Below are positions 10,572-19,944 of a stretch of DNA of 64,000 nt, one piece after another. The notes under the pieces were generated by a model. That model was not told where the DNA came from. It worked only from the letters and a program-made list of their open reading frames with translations, and ran no database searches. This stretch comes from an uncultured Chloroflexia bacterium (lineage in GTDB: Bacteria > Chloroflexota > Limnocylindria > Limnocylindrales > CSP1-4), in assembly GCA_963752475.1 (NCBI GenBank), contig CAVVYR010000008.1, positions 320,001-384,000 of the forward strand. The letters are read 5' to 3'. The position numbers and the translations under genes were made by a program. Numbering within the stretch: position 1 is the first letter of the stretch; the number at the start of each line of letters is the position of its first letter.

Positions 10572-11708
10572 TCAGCGAGACGAGCGGCTCGGAGCGGGTT
10601 CGGCAGCGGTGGCCGTGTCGATCACGCTGCCCGCGGGCTCTGGCGCACGCCGCCCGAAGGCGACGGTCTCGATCTCGCGCAGCGTGACCCGGACGTGGTC
10701 ACCGATGCCGAGGTGGCGGACCCGGCCGCCGGCCTCCACCCACAAGCGCTCGCCATCGTCGGCGCGCACCTCGAGCAGGATCTCCGAGCCGGAGAAGCGC
10801 CGGGCGATGACCTCCCAACCGTCGTCCTCGGCCGGGCCGTCGGGCGCCTCGGCGATGGCGAAGTGCTCAGGACGCAGTAGCACCAGACCGTGGCCCGACA
10901 GCTGACGACGGCCGGGGTCGATGAGCGGCACCGGCCCGAAGCGTGTGTCGGCGGCACCTGGGCGTACGTCGCCGGGCACGAGGTTGGCCACGCCCACGAA
11001 GGTGGCCACGTATGGGGTCGAAGGCTCCGCGTAGATGAGTTCCGGTGGCGCCACCTGCAGGACCCGGCCGCGCGTCATGACCGCGACCCTGTCGGCCACC
11101 GTCAAGGCCTCGCCCTGATCGTGGGTCACGAAGATGGCGCTCTGACGCGCCGCACGCAGGATCTCGCGCACCTCGGCCCGGAGCTGGGTACGCATGGCCT
11201 GGTCGAGCGAGGAGAAGGGCTCGTCGAGCAGGAGCACATCCGGTCGCGGCGCCAAGGCTCGTGCCAACGCGACACGCTGTTGCATGCCACCCGAGAGTTC
11301 GTGGGGCATGCGTTCGCCGTCGCCCGCGAGGCCGACCATCTCGAGGAGCTCATCGGTGCGCACGCCGTGGTCGGGTTCGCGCCGGATCCCGTAGGCCACG
11401 TTGCCGCTGACCGAGAGATGCGGGAAGAGTGCCAGGTCCTGGAACACCAACCCGATGCGACGCCGCTCCGGTGGCACCATCGCGGTCGACGAGGCCACGC
11501 GGCGGCCGTTGACCTCGATCGTGCCCTGGTCCGGACGCTCGAAGCCCGAGATCAGGCGCAGTGCGGTGGTCTTGCCGCAACCCGACGGTCCGAGCAGGGC
11601 CAGCACGGTGCCGGCCTCCAGCTCGAGGCTTACGTCGTCGAGCGCCAGGACATCGTCGTAGGACTTGCTGATGCCGTCGAGACGGACCGCGGGCGTGACC
11701 TCGGTCAT
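10572..11708 (-). CDS. Fe3+ ABC transporter ATP-binding protein (FbpC/PotA-like)
   Basis: GPSGCGKT, LSGGMQQRV, LLLDEPF and a C-terminal TOBE-like region. The start overlaps the permease stop. Confidence 0.88.
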   Translation of the reverse strand: MTEVTPAVRLDGISKSYDDVLALDDVSLELEAGTVLALLGPSGCGKTTALRLISGFERPDQGTIEVNGRRVASSTAMVPPERRRIGLVFQDLALFPHLSVSGNVAYGIRREPDHGVRTDELLEMVGLAGDGERMPHELSGGMQQRVALARALAPRPDVLLLDEPFSSLDQAMRTQLRAEVREILRAARQSAIFVTHDQGEALTVADRVAVMTRGRVLQVAPPELIYAEPSTPYVATFVGVANLVPGDVRPGAADTRFGPVPLIDPGRRQLSGHGLVLLRPEHFAIAEAPDGPAEDDGWEVIARRFSGSEILLEVRADDGERLWVEAGGRVRHLGIGDHVRVTLREIETVAFGRRAPEPAGSVIDTATAAEPAPSRSSR

Positions 11709-13297
11709 GTCTCGAGCTCTCCACGTCGGACGAGGAGCCCGACCGAGATGAAGGAGACGACGAGCAGCAGCGCGGCCGGGACCGCGGCTTGGGCGTAGAA
11801 GGCCTCGCGCGCGGCGTCCCACAGCTCGGTGGCGAGGGTGGAGGTGCCCGGCGGGGCCAGCAGCAGGGTCAGCGGCAGCTCCTTGAGACCCGACAGCAGC
11901 ACGAGCATGGCGCCGGCGACGATTCCCGGCCGCAGCAGCGGGATGGTCACGGTCCGAAGCACACCGAGGTTCCCCTCACCCAGCGAACGAGCAGCTTCCA
12001 CCGTGCGCGGCGAGACCTGCATCATCGGGCCTCGCAGGGCCCCGACGGCCTGCACCAGATAGCGCAGGCCGATAGCCATCACCAGGGCGAACAGCGTCTG
12101 ATACAGCACGGGCACGCCGTTCAGCGTGAAGAACACGATGGCCAGAGCCAGGCTCACAGCGGGGATGGCGTAGATGGCGTAGAGGAGGCGATCGGTGAGC
12201 ATCGACGCTCGACCCGGGAAGTGGCTGATGAGGCGAGCGAGCGGTAGCGCCAGTGACACCGCCAGAAGAGCGGCGGCAGCGGCGATGACGATCGAGTCGC
12301 CGAGGGCGTCGAGGCCGAACGCGAGAGTCTGATCCGCGCGCAAGCCATCGAGGACCCAGAGACTGATCGTAGCCACTGGGATACCGAGCGCGAGCGCGGC
12401 CACAGCGAGGCAGAAGAGGACGGCCGGGATGCGCCAGGGCCCGAGACGGACCGGAGCCGGCACGCGACGCCGACCGTGTGGCGTGGCCAGCGCGACGCGT
12501 CGTCGGATGCGTCCTTCAGCCCATACCAGGACCAGAGCCAGGACCAACAGCAGGAGCGCAAGCGCGGCCGCGCTGGACCGATCGAAGGAGAAGCGGTACT
12601 GCGAGTAGATGGCCGTGGCCAATGTGTCGTAGCGCAGGATCGACACAGCTCCGAAGTCGCTGATGGCATAGAGGCAGGCGAGGAGCGCTCCCGCACCGAT
12701 GGCCGGCACCAGCACGGGCAGGACGGCCGTTCGTGCCGCCGCCCACGGGCCGCGACCGAGCGAGCGAGCCGCCTCTTCGGTCGCTGGATCCAAGCGCATG
12801 AGCGCTGCGCGCGTGGCGATGACGACGTAAGGCATCGTGGCCAGGCTCAACACCAGCGCCGCGCCCCAGAAGCCGTACACCGAGGTCACGCCCAGGCCGG
12901 CAAGCCAGCCGCGCGGCGCGAAGGCCCCGACGAAAGCGAACGCGAGCAGGTACGAGGGCACGGCCAGGGGCGCGATGGCGAGCACGGATAGGACACGCCG
13001 GCCCGGCAGGTCCGTACGCACGGTCAGCCACGCCAGCGGGACGCCGAGGGAGACGGCGCCAGTGATCACGGCGCCGGCAAGAGCCATCGTCGAGATGACG
13101 AGCTCGACAGTGCGCGGTCGTGCCAGCGCCTCGAGCGCGTCGGTGCCACCGTCGACGGCCCGTAGCACGAGGTAGATGAGCGGCAGCAGGGCGAGTACAG
13201 CCACCGTAGCGGCCACGGCCAGCAGCGGCCACGGCGGAGCCGCCCGTCGCGAGGACGGGTGGACCAGGGCGGCGCGGATGCTGGCGAGGCTGGTCAT
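11705..13297 (-). CDS. Fe3+ ABC transporter permease (FbpB-like)
   Basis: Duplicated membrane domain with two EAARSLG loops. Confidence 0.88.
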   Translation of the reverse strand: MTSLASIRAALVHPSSRRAAPPWPLLAVAATVAVLALLPLIYLVLRAVDGGTDALEALARPRTVELVISTMALAGAVITGAVSLGVPLAWLTVRTDLPGRRVLSVLAIAPLAVPSYLLAFAFVGAFAPRGWLAGLGVTSVYGFWGAALVLSLATMPYVVIATRAALMRLDPATEEAARSLGRGPWAAARTAVLPVLVPAIGAGALLACLYAISDFGAVSILRYDTLATAIYSQYRFSFDRSSAAALALLLLVLALVLVWAEGRIRRRVALATPHGRRRVPAPVRLGPWRIPAVLFCLAVAALALGIPVATISLWVLDGLRADQTLAFGLDALGDSIVIAAAAALLAVSLALPLARLISHFPGRASMLTDRLLYAIYAIPAVSLALAIVFFTLNGVPVLYQTLFALVMAIGLRYLVQAVGALRGPMMQVSPRTVEAARSLGEGNLGVLRTVTIPLLRPGIVAGAMLVLLSGLKELPLTLLLAPPGTSTLATELWDAAREAFYAQAAVPAALLLVVSFISVGLLVRRGELET

Positions 13298-13340
13298 GAA
13301 GGGCCGGGACCGTTGGGGCCGCTAGTCGATGGCGGGGCCG

Positions 13341-14348
13341 CTAGTCGATGGCGCCGACCTCGCGCAACAGCTCGACCGTGCCCTGCAGGTCGGCCAGTGC
13401 CGAGAGGTCGACCTCGGGAGCCTCGATGGAGTCGATGTGCGGGAGCCGAGGATCGGCCCCGACACCCTCGACGAGCGGGAACTCGTACGTCGACTCGCTG
13501 AAGTACGTTTGAGCCTCATCGCTGAGCAGGTACTCGATGAACGCCAGTGAGTCCTCGGGCTGATCGGTCGAGGCGATCTGACCGACACCGGCGACGTTCA
13601 CCAGCGAGCCCGGATCACCGCCGCCGAAGAACCGCTGGGCGACGGGGTAGTCCTCACCGTGCTCGGCCTGCAAGCGCAGCAGGTAGTAGTGGTTGACGAA
13701 GGCGACGTCGACCTCGCCGGCCGCGACGCCTTCGACAGCGGCCGTGTTCTTGGGGTAGACCACGGGGTCGTTGACCAGGATGCCTTCGAGCCACTCACGG
13801 GCGACGTCCTCACCCTCGATCACCCGTAGCGCGGTGACGAAGGCCTGGAAGCTGCCGTTGGCCGGAGCCCAGCCGATTCGGCCGGCCCACTCAGGGTCGG
13901 TGAACTCGAGGATCGACTCGGGCAGCTCCAACTCCTCGGTCGTGGTGTAGGCGGCGGTGCGAGCGCGGCCGCTGACGCCGGCCCACTCGCCATCGACATC
14001 GCTGAACCCGGCTGGCACGGCCGCCAACACGTCCTCGGGCAGGGCGGCCAGCAGACCAGCGCCAGCCACGGCGCCAAGGGCACCGGCGTCCTGTGCGAAG
14101 TAGACGTCGGCCGGGGATCGGTCGCCTTCCTCGAGAAGAAGGGCTGCCAGCTCGGCGGTGTCGGCGTACTTGACCTCGACCTCGACACCCGTGGACTCGG
14201 TGAAGGACTCGATGACGGGGCCGACCAGCGATTCGCTACGGCCGGAGTAGACGGTGAGCGGCTCATCGGCATCCTCGGCCAGCGCGACCGAGGGTACGAC
14301 GAGGACGGCAGCGAGCACGGGCGCTGCCAGGGTGCGAGAACGGAACAC
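13341..14348 (-). CDS. Fe3+ ABC transporter substrate-binding protein (FbpA/FutA-like)
   Basis: Signal peptide, LTVYSGRSE, EGDRSPADVYFAQD, iron-ligating NHYY. Confidence 0.88.
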   Translation of the reverse strand: MFRSRTLAAPVLAAVLVVPSVALAEDADEPLTVYSGRSESLVGPVIESFTESTGVEVEVKYADTAELAALLLEEGDRSPADVYFAQDAGALGAVAGAGLLAALPEDVLAAVPAGFSDVDGEWAGVSGRARTAAYTTTEELELPESILEFTDPEWAGRIGWAPANGSFQAFVTALRVIEGEDVAREWLEGILVNDPVVYPKNTAAVEGVAAGEVDVAFVNHYYLLRLQAEHGEDYPVAQRFFGGGDPGSLVNVAGVGQIASTDQPEDSLAFIEYLLSDEAQTYFSESTYEFPLVEGVGADPRLPHIDSIEAPEVDLSALADLQGTVELLREVGAID

Positions 14349-14421
14349 AGGCTTTCTCCGAGGGGATGGAGCTGGGAGCCGGGTGGCGAGAGGCCGGATA
14401 TCTGACCTTCCGGCTCAGCGA

Positions 14422-14484
14422 TAGCCTGTGCAGGCTACGTCAGTGCGACGGCTTGCGTCAACTCGACATGCAACTCAGTCTCAA
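14422..14484 (-). promoter_or_regulatory. Promoter of the iron ABC operon with a palindromic operator and a Fur-like box
   Basis: Minus strand TTGACG (14456-14461)-N18-TAGCCT (14432-14437); perfect inverted repeat TAGCCTG-TG-CAGGCTA at 14422-14437; TTGAGACTGAGTTGCA at 14469-14484. Confidence 0.45.
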
Positions 14485-14502
14485 GTTACCTTGATACAGG
14501 AC

Positions 14503-15258
14503 TCAAGCGAGTTCGCGACGCATGACCGGGAAGCGCTCGTCGGAGGCGACCAACTCGAAGCCGTGTGCCTCCCAGAAGGCCGGAGACGCCGTTGACGCCT
14601 CATCTGGTGCGAGCGTCAGGTCAGGATAGACCTCGATGGCGGAGAAGCCGCGGCCCTCGAGGTCGTGGATGACCTCATCGATGAGCCGGCTGGCAAGACC
14701 CTGGCCCCGGGCGTCGGCTGTGGCGGCGACGCAGGTGATGACCGCGGGCAGCGGTGCACTCGGGAGCCGGGGGTAGAGGTCACGCACGTGCTGTGCGCGT
14801 GGATACGCCGACAGCGGCCCGAACTGCGCGTAGACCGCAGGCTGACCGTCGATGGTCAGGACCTTGGCGTAGGACCCGAAGACGGTTCGGCCGCGCTGGA
14901 GCAGCCGCAGCTTGGTCGGCGTGCGGGGCTCGCTGGTGATGGACTCGACCTCGGGCTCGGGGGCGAAGGGATTGACGGCCGGCTCGGCCTCGGACGCGGA
15001 TGGGTCGAAGGGATTGAAGGCGACGTCGTCCTTCGGGGCCGGCGCGAAGGGGTTGTCGGATCGCGGCGGACGCTTGGGTGCCGCTGCGGGCTTGGCCGGC
15101 TGCCACCAGGCAGGGCGAGAGGCCTTGGAGCCTCGCACCTCGTCCTCCCAGTAGTCGCAAGAACGATGATCGAAACGCGGGTCAGCGCACGGAGGCAGCC
15201 GGCCAAAGGTCGCTGGATCGGTGACGTCGAGGATCTCGACAGCGGCGTCGTCGTTCAC
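14503..15258 (-). CDS. GNAT family N-acetyltransferase
   Basis: ITCV...ARGQGLASRLI acetyl-CoA motif; FWEAHGF. Confidence 0.8.
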   Translation of the reverse strand: MNDDAAVEILDVTDPATFGRLPPCADPRFDHRSCDYWEDEVRGSKASRPAWWQPAKPAAAPKRPPRSDNPFAPAPKDDVAFNPFDPSASEAEPAVNPFAPEPEVESITSEPRTPTKLRLLQRGRTVFGSYAKVLTIDGQPAVYAQFGPLSAYPRAQHVRDLYPRLPSAPLPAVITCVAATADARGQGLASRLIDEVIHDLEGRGFSAIEVYPDLTLAPDEASTASPAFWEAHGFELVASDERFPVMRRELA

Positions 15259-15277
15259 GCCACAGAGTGTAGGTCGC

Positions 15278-15988
15278 TCAGGCCCCGAACTGAAGGCTGT
15301 CCTGGATGGAGTCGAAATCCGGGGCCGCAGCGTCGGCCAGATCGGCGGAGGCCACGAAGTTCACGAGGTAGACCGTCTTGCCGAAGCGGAAGAGGTAGGA
15401 GCGGACGCGGATCTCACCGAGCGCCGGGTCGGAGATCATGTAGTCATAGCGCACGCCTCTAGCCTTGGGCAGCCGGACGTCGTGGGGTGCCAACCCGCCG
15501 CTCAGGCCGGGCAGATCACTGATGCGCGCGTAGACGTCGTCCTTGATGGCGTGGTTCTTGCGACCCGCGACCGGCTCAGCCAGCACCAGCAGCACTGGCG
15601 CGACCTTGCCCTCGATCACGCCCCTGGCGGCGATGGCGCTGACGTGCACGTCACGGCCGCCGATGACCTCGTCGATGCGCTCACCGAGGCCGGCGTTTGC
15701 GTCGTCCACGGCACTGATGACCTCGTCGGTCTGGTCTGGGTCCACGGCCACGCCCGACCAACCGGCGGGCAAGACCATCTCGTAGCCGCTCGGATGCTGC
15801 CACCACGTCGAGGCCTCGCTGCCATCGGCAACGCCATCGGCGGGGTCGGCCTCCGGCGACGACACGGCGGTGCCGCTGGGGTCGACCAGAGCTTGGAACA
15901 CGGCAGCCGTCGGGGCGCTGCAGCCAACTGCGATGAGGCCTGCCAGCGCGAGGACAAGGATGCCGACTGGGGTCGTCCGGCTCGTCAT
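15278..15988 (-). CDS. Hypothetical lipoprotein
   Basis: Lipobox-like ILVLALAGLIAVG-C; PsbP/DcrB-like C-terminus (YLVNFVAS...FDSIQDSLQF). Confidence 0.6.
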   Translation of the reverse strand: MTSRTTPVGILVLALAGLIAVGCSAPTAAVFQALVDPSGTAVSSPEADPADGVADGSEASTWWQHPSGYEMVLPAGWSGVAVDPDQTDEVISAVDDANAGLGERIDEVIGGRDVHVSAIAARGVIEGKVAPVLLVLAEPVAGRKNHAIKDDVYARISDLPGLSGGLAPHDVRLPKARGVRYDYMISDPALGEIRVRSYLFRFGKTVYLVNFVASADLADAAAPDFDSIQDSLQFGA

Positions 15989-16115
15989 TCGGCTCACAGC
16001 ATGCCCCAGAACCGGGGAACCTGCAGGCGATCGTTCGGCCCTCCGCGACGGTGACCAACGCCCCATGGGTGGGTCCGCTAGGCACTGCTATAGTCGAGGA
16101 ACATTCGCATACAAG

Positions 16116-16257
16116 CCTCGCCTTCGGGGTCGGGTGAAATCCCCTACCGGTGGTCGGTGGAACCGCTCCGCCAGCCCACGACCCGCGCACCATTTCGAGT
16201 CGCGGTGGATTCCCTCGCAGGGAGCCGACGGTCATAGTCCGGATGAGAGAAGGAGAG
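16116..16257 (+). ncRNA. FMN riboswitch (RFN element)
   Basis: CTTCGGGGTCGGGTGAAATCCCCTACCGGTGGT...AGCCCACGACCCG...GAGCCGACGGTCATAGTCCGGATGAGAGAAGG; extended -10 TGCTATAGT at 16086-16094; hairpin GTGTGGCC-GGA-GGTCACAC covers the RBS. Confidence 0.95.
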
Positions 16258-16387
16258 AGGCGCCACCGATGCGCCAGCCGCGTCGGTGTGTGGTCGCTCG
16301 TCGAGCGCGACCGACCCGTTTCGACGGGACCAGTCCGCTCGCTTCTCTTCTTGATGCCTCGATGGTGTGGCCGGAGGTCACACGTAG

Positions 16388-17164
16388 TTGGACGCCATCG
16401 AGCTCCACGACATCTCGCGCAGTTTCAGCATCGACGGTGCGCCGCTGCATGTCCTCGATCGACTCGACCTTCGCGTAGCCGAGCGCGAGATCGTATCGAT
16501 CGTCGGACCGAACGGCTGTGGCAAGTCCACGCTCTTGCGCGTCATCAGTGGCTTGCTCGCACCCGACCACGGCAGCGTCCTGGCTTTCGACTCCACGGTA
16601 GCCGGCCCAGAGCCACGCATCGGGCTGGTGTTCCAGGAACCCCGCTTGCTGCCTTGGCGTGACGTGCTGACCAACGTGGCCTTCCCCCTGGAGTTGGCCG
16701 GTGTCGCGCGCGCAGAGCGGGAGGAGCGTGCGCGAGAGGCACTACGGCTGACGGGCCTCGACGGCTTCGCCGCCGCATACCCGGACCAACTGTCGGGTGG
16801 GATGGCCCAACGTGCGGCCCTCGCACGTGCGCTGGCCCCTGAGCCTGATGTGTTGCTGCTCGACGAGCCCTTCAGCGCGCTCGACGCCATGACCCGCGAG
16901 CGGCTCGATGACGAGTTGCTGCGCCTGTGGGGCGAGACCGGCTCCACGATCGTGCTGGTGACGCACAGCATCTCCGAAGCCGTGTTCCTGTCGGATCGCG
17001 TCTTGGTGATGTCGCAGCGACCGGGTCGCATCGTGGCCGAAGTGGCGGTCGAGGCAGAGCGGCCGCGCAGCCTGTCGGGCAGCGGTGCCACGATGTTCAG
17101 CGCCGCCGCTGACGAGGTGCGAGCACTCCTGGGGCGAGCCGACGAGCGAGAGGTGGCAGCGTGA
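16388..17164 (+). CDS. NitT/TauT family ABC ATP-binding protein (riboflavin uptake)
   Basis: GPNGCGKS, LSGGMAQR, DEPFSALDAMTRE; directly downstream of the FMN riboswitch. Confidence 0.88.
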   Translation: MDAIELHDISRSFSIDGAPLHVLDRLDLRVAEREIVSIVGPNGCGKSTLLRVISGLLAPDHGSVLAFDSTVAGPEPRIGLVFQEPRLLPWRDVLTNVAFPLELAGVARAEREERAREALRLTGLDGFAAAYPDQLSGGMAQRAALARALAPEPDVLLLDEPFSALDAMTRERLDDELLRLWGETGSTIVLVTHSISEAVFLSDRVLVMSQRPGRIVAEVAVEAERPRSLSGSGATMFSAAADEVRALLGRADEREVAA

Positions 17165-17988
17165 CCACGGCTTCGCCTGAGGCCGCCACGACGACCCCGC
17201 GTTCGGACGAGGTCCGGACCCGTCCTCGCTGGCGAGGATTGCTGCAGGACATCGCACCGGTGGCCGGGGCCGCTCTCCTCTTCGTGGTCGCGTGGCAGGC
17301 CCTCGTGCTCATCGGCGACTACCCGTCCTACATCCTGCCGGGTCCCGCGGTCGTGGCCGAGCGCTTCATCAGTGGCTGGACCGACGGCATCATCGGGCCG
17401 CATTTCTGGACCACGCTCAGCGAGGTGCTACTGGGGCTCACGCTCGGTGGCATCGCCGGCATCCTGACCGGCATCCTGCTGGCTCGTTCGCGCCTGGCTG
17501 CACGCATGCTCTCGCCCTACATCGTGGCCGCGCAAGCCACGCCCATCCTGGCACTGGCACCACTCATCGCACTCTGGTTCGGGACCGGGCTCGGCAGCCG
17601 CGTGCTCATCTGCGCGCTCATCTGCTTCTTCCCCATCGCGGTCGGCACGATGGTCGGCATCCGCTCGGTCGACCCCAAGCTCATCGAGCTCGGCCGCAGC
17701 TTCCGTGCCTCTCGTCGGCAGCGGCTGATGCGGATCGAAGTGCCCTCGGCATTGCCGCAGATCCTGGGCAGCCTGCGCATCGGCGTCACGCTCGCGGTCG
17801 TGGGTGCCATCGTCGCCGAGTGGGCCGGGGGCGACTCAGGTCTCGGCGTGCTCATCAACCTCGCGCGCGGATCGATGTTCGACATCCCACTGATGTTCGC
17901 GACGCTCACGACCATCGGACTCATGGGCATCGCGCTGTACCTCATCGTCGTCGCCATCGAGCGACGACTCATTCGCACACCCTCCTGA
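17161..17988 (+). CDS. ribX: NitT/TauT family ABC permease, RibX-like
   Basis: ILPGP, PILALAPL, GAIVAEW; part of the FMN-riboswitch operon. Confidence 0.75.
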   Translation: MTTASPEAATTTPRSDEVRTRPRWRGLLQDIAPVAGAALLFVVAWQALVLIGDYPSYILPGPAVVAERFISGWTDGIIGPHFWTTLSEVLLGLTLGGIAGILTGILLARSRLAARMLSPYIVAAQATPILALAPLIALWFGTGLGSRVLICALICFFPIAVGTMVGIRSVDPKLIELGRSFRASRRQRLMRIEVPSALPQILGSLRIGVTLAVVGAIVAEWAGGDSGLGVLINLARGSMFDIPLMFATLTTIGLMGIALYLIVVAIERRLIRTPS

Positions 17989-18010
17989 TCGCAGAAAGGA
18001 CCGACTTCCG

Positions 18011-19033
18011 ATGTCTCGTGTCTCCATCCCGCTTCGCCGGCTCCTTCCCGCGCTGGCCCTCACCGCCAGCCTCGCCGTCGGCGCCATCGGTGCGACGACG
18101 GGCCAGGAGGACGCGGCCGAGCCGACCCCGTTGACGGTCGGGCTGGGCTACATCCCCAGCGTCCAGTTCGCACAGTTCTATCTGGCCGATGAAGCCGGCT
18201 ACTACGCTGATGCGGGGCTGGAGGTGGTCTTCCAGAACAAGATCGACCCCGAGCTCATCACCCTGCTCGCCCGCGGTGCGGTGGACATCGGCATGGCCGA
18301 TGGCACCAGCGTCATCCCGGCGGTCAGCCAGGGCATCCCCGTGCGCTATGGGGCGACCATCTACGGCCGTGACCCCAACGTCGTCTTCTCCCTGGCCGAG
18401 ACCGGGATCGAACGCGCTGAGGACCTTGCCGGGGCCAGCATCGGTATCCCCGGTCGCTATGGCTCGTCATGGGTGGCGCTGCAAGCGCTGCTGTCGTCGG
18501 CCGGGCTCACCCCCGACGACGCCGAGATCGCGACGTACCCAGACTTCGGACAGGCTGTCGCCGTGGGTGCCGGTCAGGTCGACGCGGCCACCGGCTTCAT
18601 CACCAACGAGCCGGTGCAGCTCGGCCTGCGCGGCCAGGAGGTGAACGTCTTGCGCGTCGCCGATGTGGCGCCGCTCCCCGGCCCCGGTCTGGTCGCCGGC
18701 GTGGACACCATCGAGCAGAAGGGTGAGGCGCTGGCTGCCTTCACCGCGGCCACCATCCGGGCCATGGAAGAGATCACGGACGACCCGCAATCCGGTCTCC
18801 GGGCGGTCTTCGCACGCGTGCCTGAGCTGGCTGAAGACCCCGAGACGCAGCTGGCCATCCTCGAGGCCACCATCGAATCGTGGACGGGTGACTACGCGGC
18901 CGAGCACGGGCTCGGTGCGGTCGATCCGGCTGCCTGGGAGTCGGGCCTGGAGATCATGCGCTCGCTGCCGGACTCGACCGTGAGCGATGAGCTCACGGTC
19001 GATGATCTCCTGACTGACGCGCTGGACTCCTGA
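18011..19033 (+). CDS. ribY: NMT1/THI5-like substrate-binding protein, RibY-like
   Basis: GYIPSVQFAQFYLA, GIPGRYGSSW, TNEPVQL; signal peptide. Confidence 0.78.
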   Translation: MSRVSIPLRRLLPALALTASLAVGAIGATTGQEDAAEPTPLTVGLGYIPSVQFAQFYLADEAGYYADAGLEVVFQNKIDPELITLLARGAVDIGMADGTSVIPAVSQGIPVRYGATIYGRDPNVVFSLAETGIERAEDLAGASIGIPGRYGSSWVALQALLSSAGLTPDDAEIATYPDFGQAVAVGAGQVDAATGFITNEPVQLGLRGQEVNVLRVADVAPLPGPGLVAGVDTIEQKGEALAAFTAATIRAMEEITDDPQSGLRAVFARVPELAEDPETQLAILEATIESWTGDYAAEHGLGAVDPAAWESGLEIMRSLPDSTVSDELTVDDLLTDALDS

Positions 19034-19035
19034 CG

Positions 19036-19230
19036 ATGGCCGATACTGGGGCCATGTCCGACGCAGAAACCACCCACGCCCCGGCCGACGGGCACGATGA
19101 GGGTCACGGCCACGCTCAGACCGGCGCGGCACTGGGTCCCATCGACTGGGAAGCTTGGGCCTACGCCATCGGCGGTGGCGTGCTGGGCGCGCTGGTAGCG
19201 CTGGCACTCTACATCGCCAGCGGGGTCTAG
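19036..19230 (+). CDS. Small membrane protein with His-rich N-terminus
   Basis: HAPADGHDEGHGH followed by LGPIDW and one TM helix; starts 2 nt after ribY. Confidence 0.55.
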   Translation: MADTGAMSDAETTHAPADGHDEGHGHAQTGAALGPIDWEAWAYAIGGGVLGALVALALYIASGV

Positions 19231-19239
19231 CCTCGAGGG

Positions 19240-19911
19240 CTACTCCCCTTCCGGTCTTCGGAGCGTGCCCTTGGCCACGCGCTCGCGTGCCCGATCGGCT
19301 GTGCTCTGGATCTTCTGCAGCCGCTGGTCGAGTTCGGCCGTGACAGCGCTGGCGAAGCCCTCGTCACCGATGGACGGGAGGTTCACACGGACGTTGGCTG
19401 CCGCTGCGCGCGCGGCGCTATCAAGCAGGAGCGCGGCTACCTCGAGATCGCTGGCCACGTAGAGGTTTGTCCGTCCGGCGCAGCGGTCGATCAGCTCCAT
19501 CTGCACATGACAGGCCTTGACCGTTGCCAGTGGCACCTTGGTCGCGACGCGGGCAGCGTCTCGGGTGGCCGCTTCCCGCACCTCCTTCTCTGCCTCGGTG
19601 TCCCTGGGCATGCTGCGCGCGGCACGGTAGGCCGCGTAGGCCGAGGCGTCTTCGTCAGCGAGCTCCAGGAACCGGGTACGCGAGGCATCCGAAGCAGTGA
19701 GGGCCTCGGTGTGCAGATCGGCGAAGTCTGCGTACTTGGGTCGGTCGAGCGAGAGCCTCACCACCATGGCCGTGAGGCTCGAAGCGAGTGCGGCCGAGAC
19801 CGCGGCGGCGGCCCCGCCGCCAGGCACCGGCTGCTCGGATGCGAGGGCTTCGAAGAAGTCGCCCAGGCGTTGGTCGGCGACGGGATCGGTCGGTGCGGTC
19901 ATGGCTCGCAT
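19240..19911 (-). CDS. Formiminotetrahydrofolate cyclodeaminase (FTCD_C family)
   Basis: FFEALASEQPVPGGGAAAA, DEDASAY, SDLEVA, ANVRVNL. Confidence 0.85.
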   Translation of the reverse strand: MRAMTAPTDPVADQRLGDFFEALASEQPVPGGGAAAAVSAALASSLTAMVVRLSLDRPKYADFADLHTEALTASDASRTRFLELADEDASAYAAYRAARSMPRDTEAEKEVREAATRDAARVATKVPLATVKACHVQMELIDRCAGRTNLYVASDLEVAALLLDSAARAAAANVRVNLPSIGDEGFASAVTAELDQRLQKIQSTADRARERVAKGTLRRPEGE

Positions 19912-19944
19912 TCTCGCACGCGCCCGACTCCCCAGGTGGGAGCT

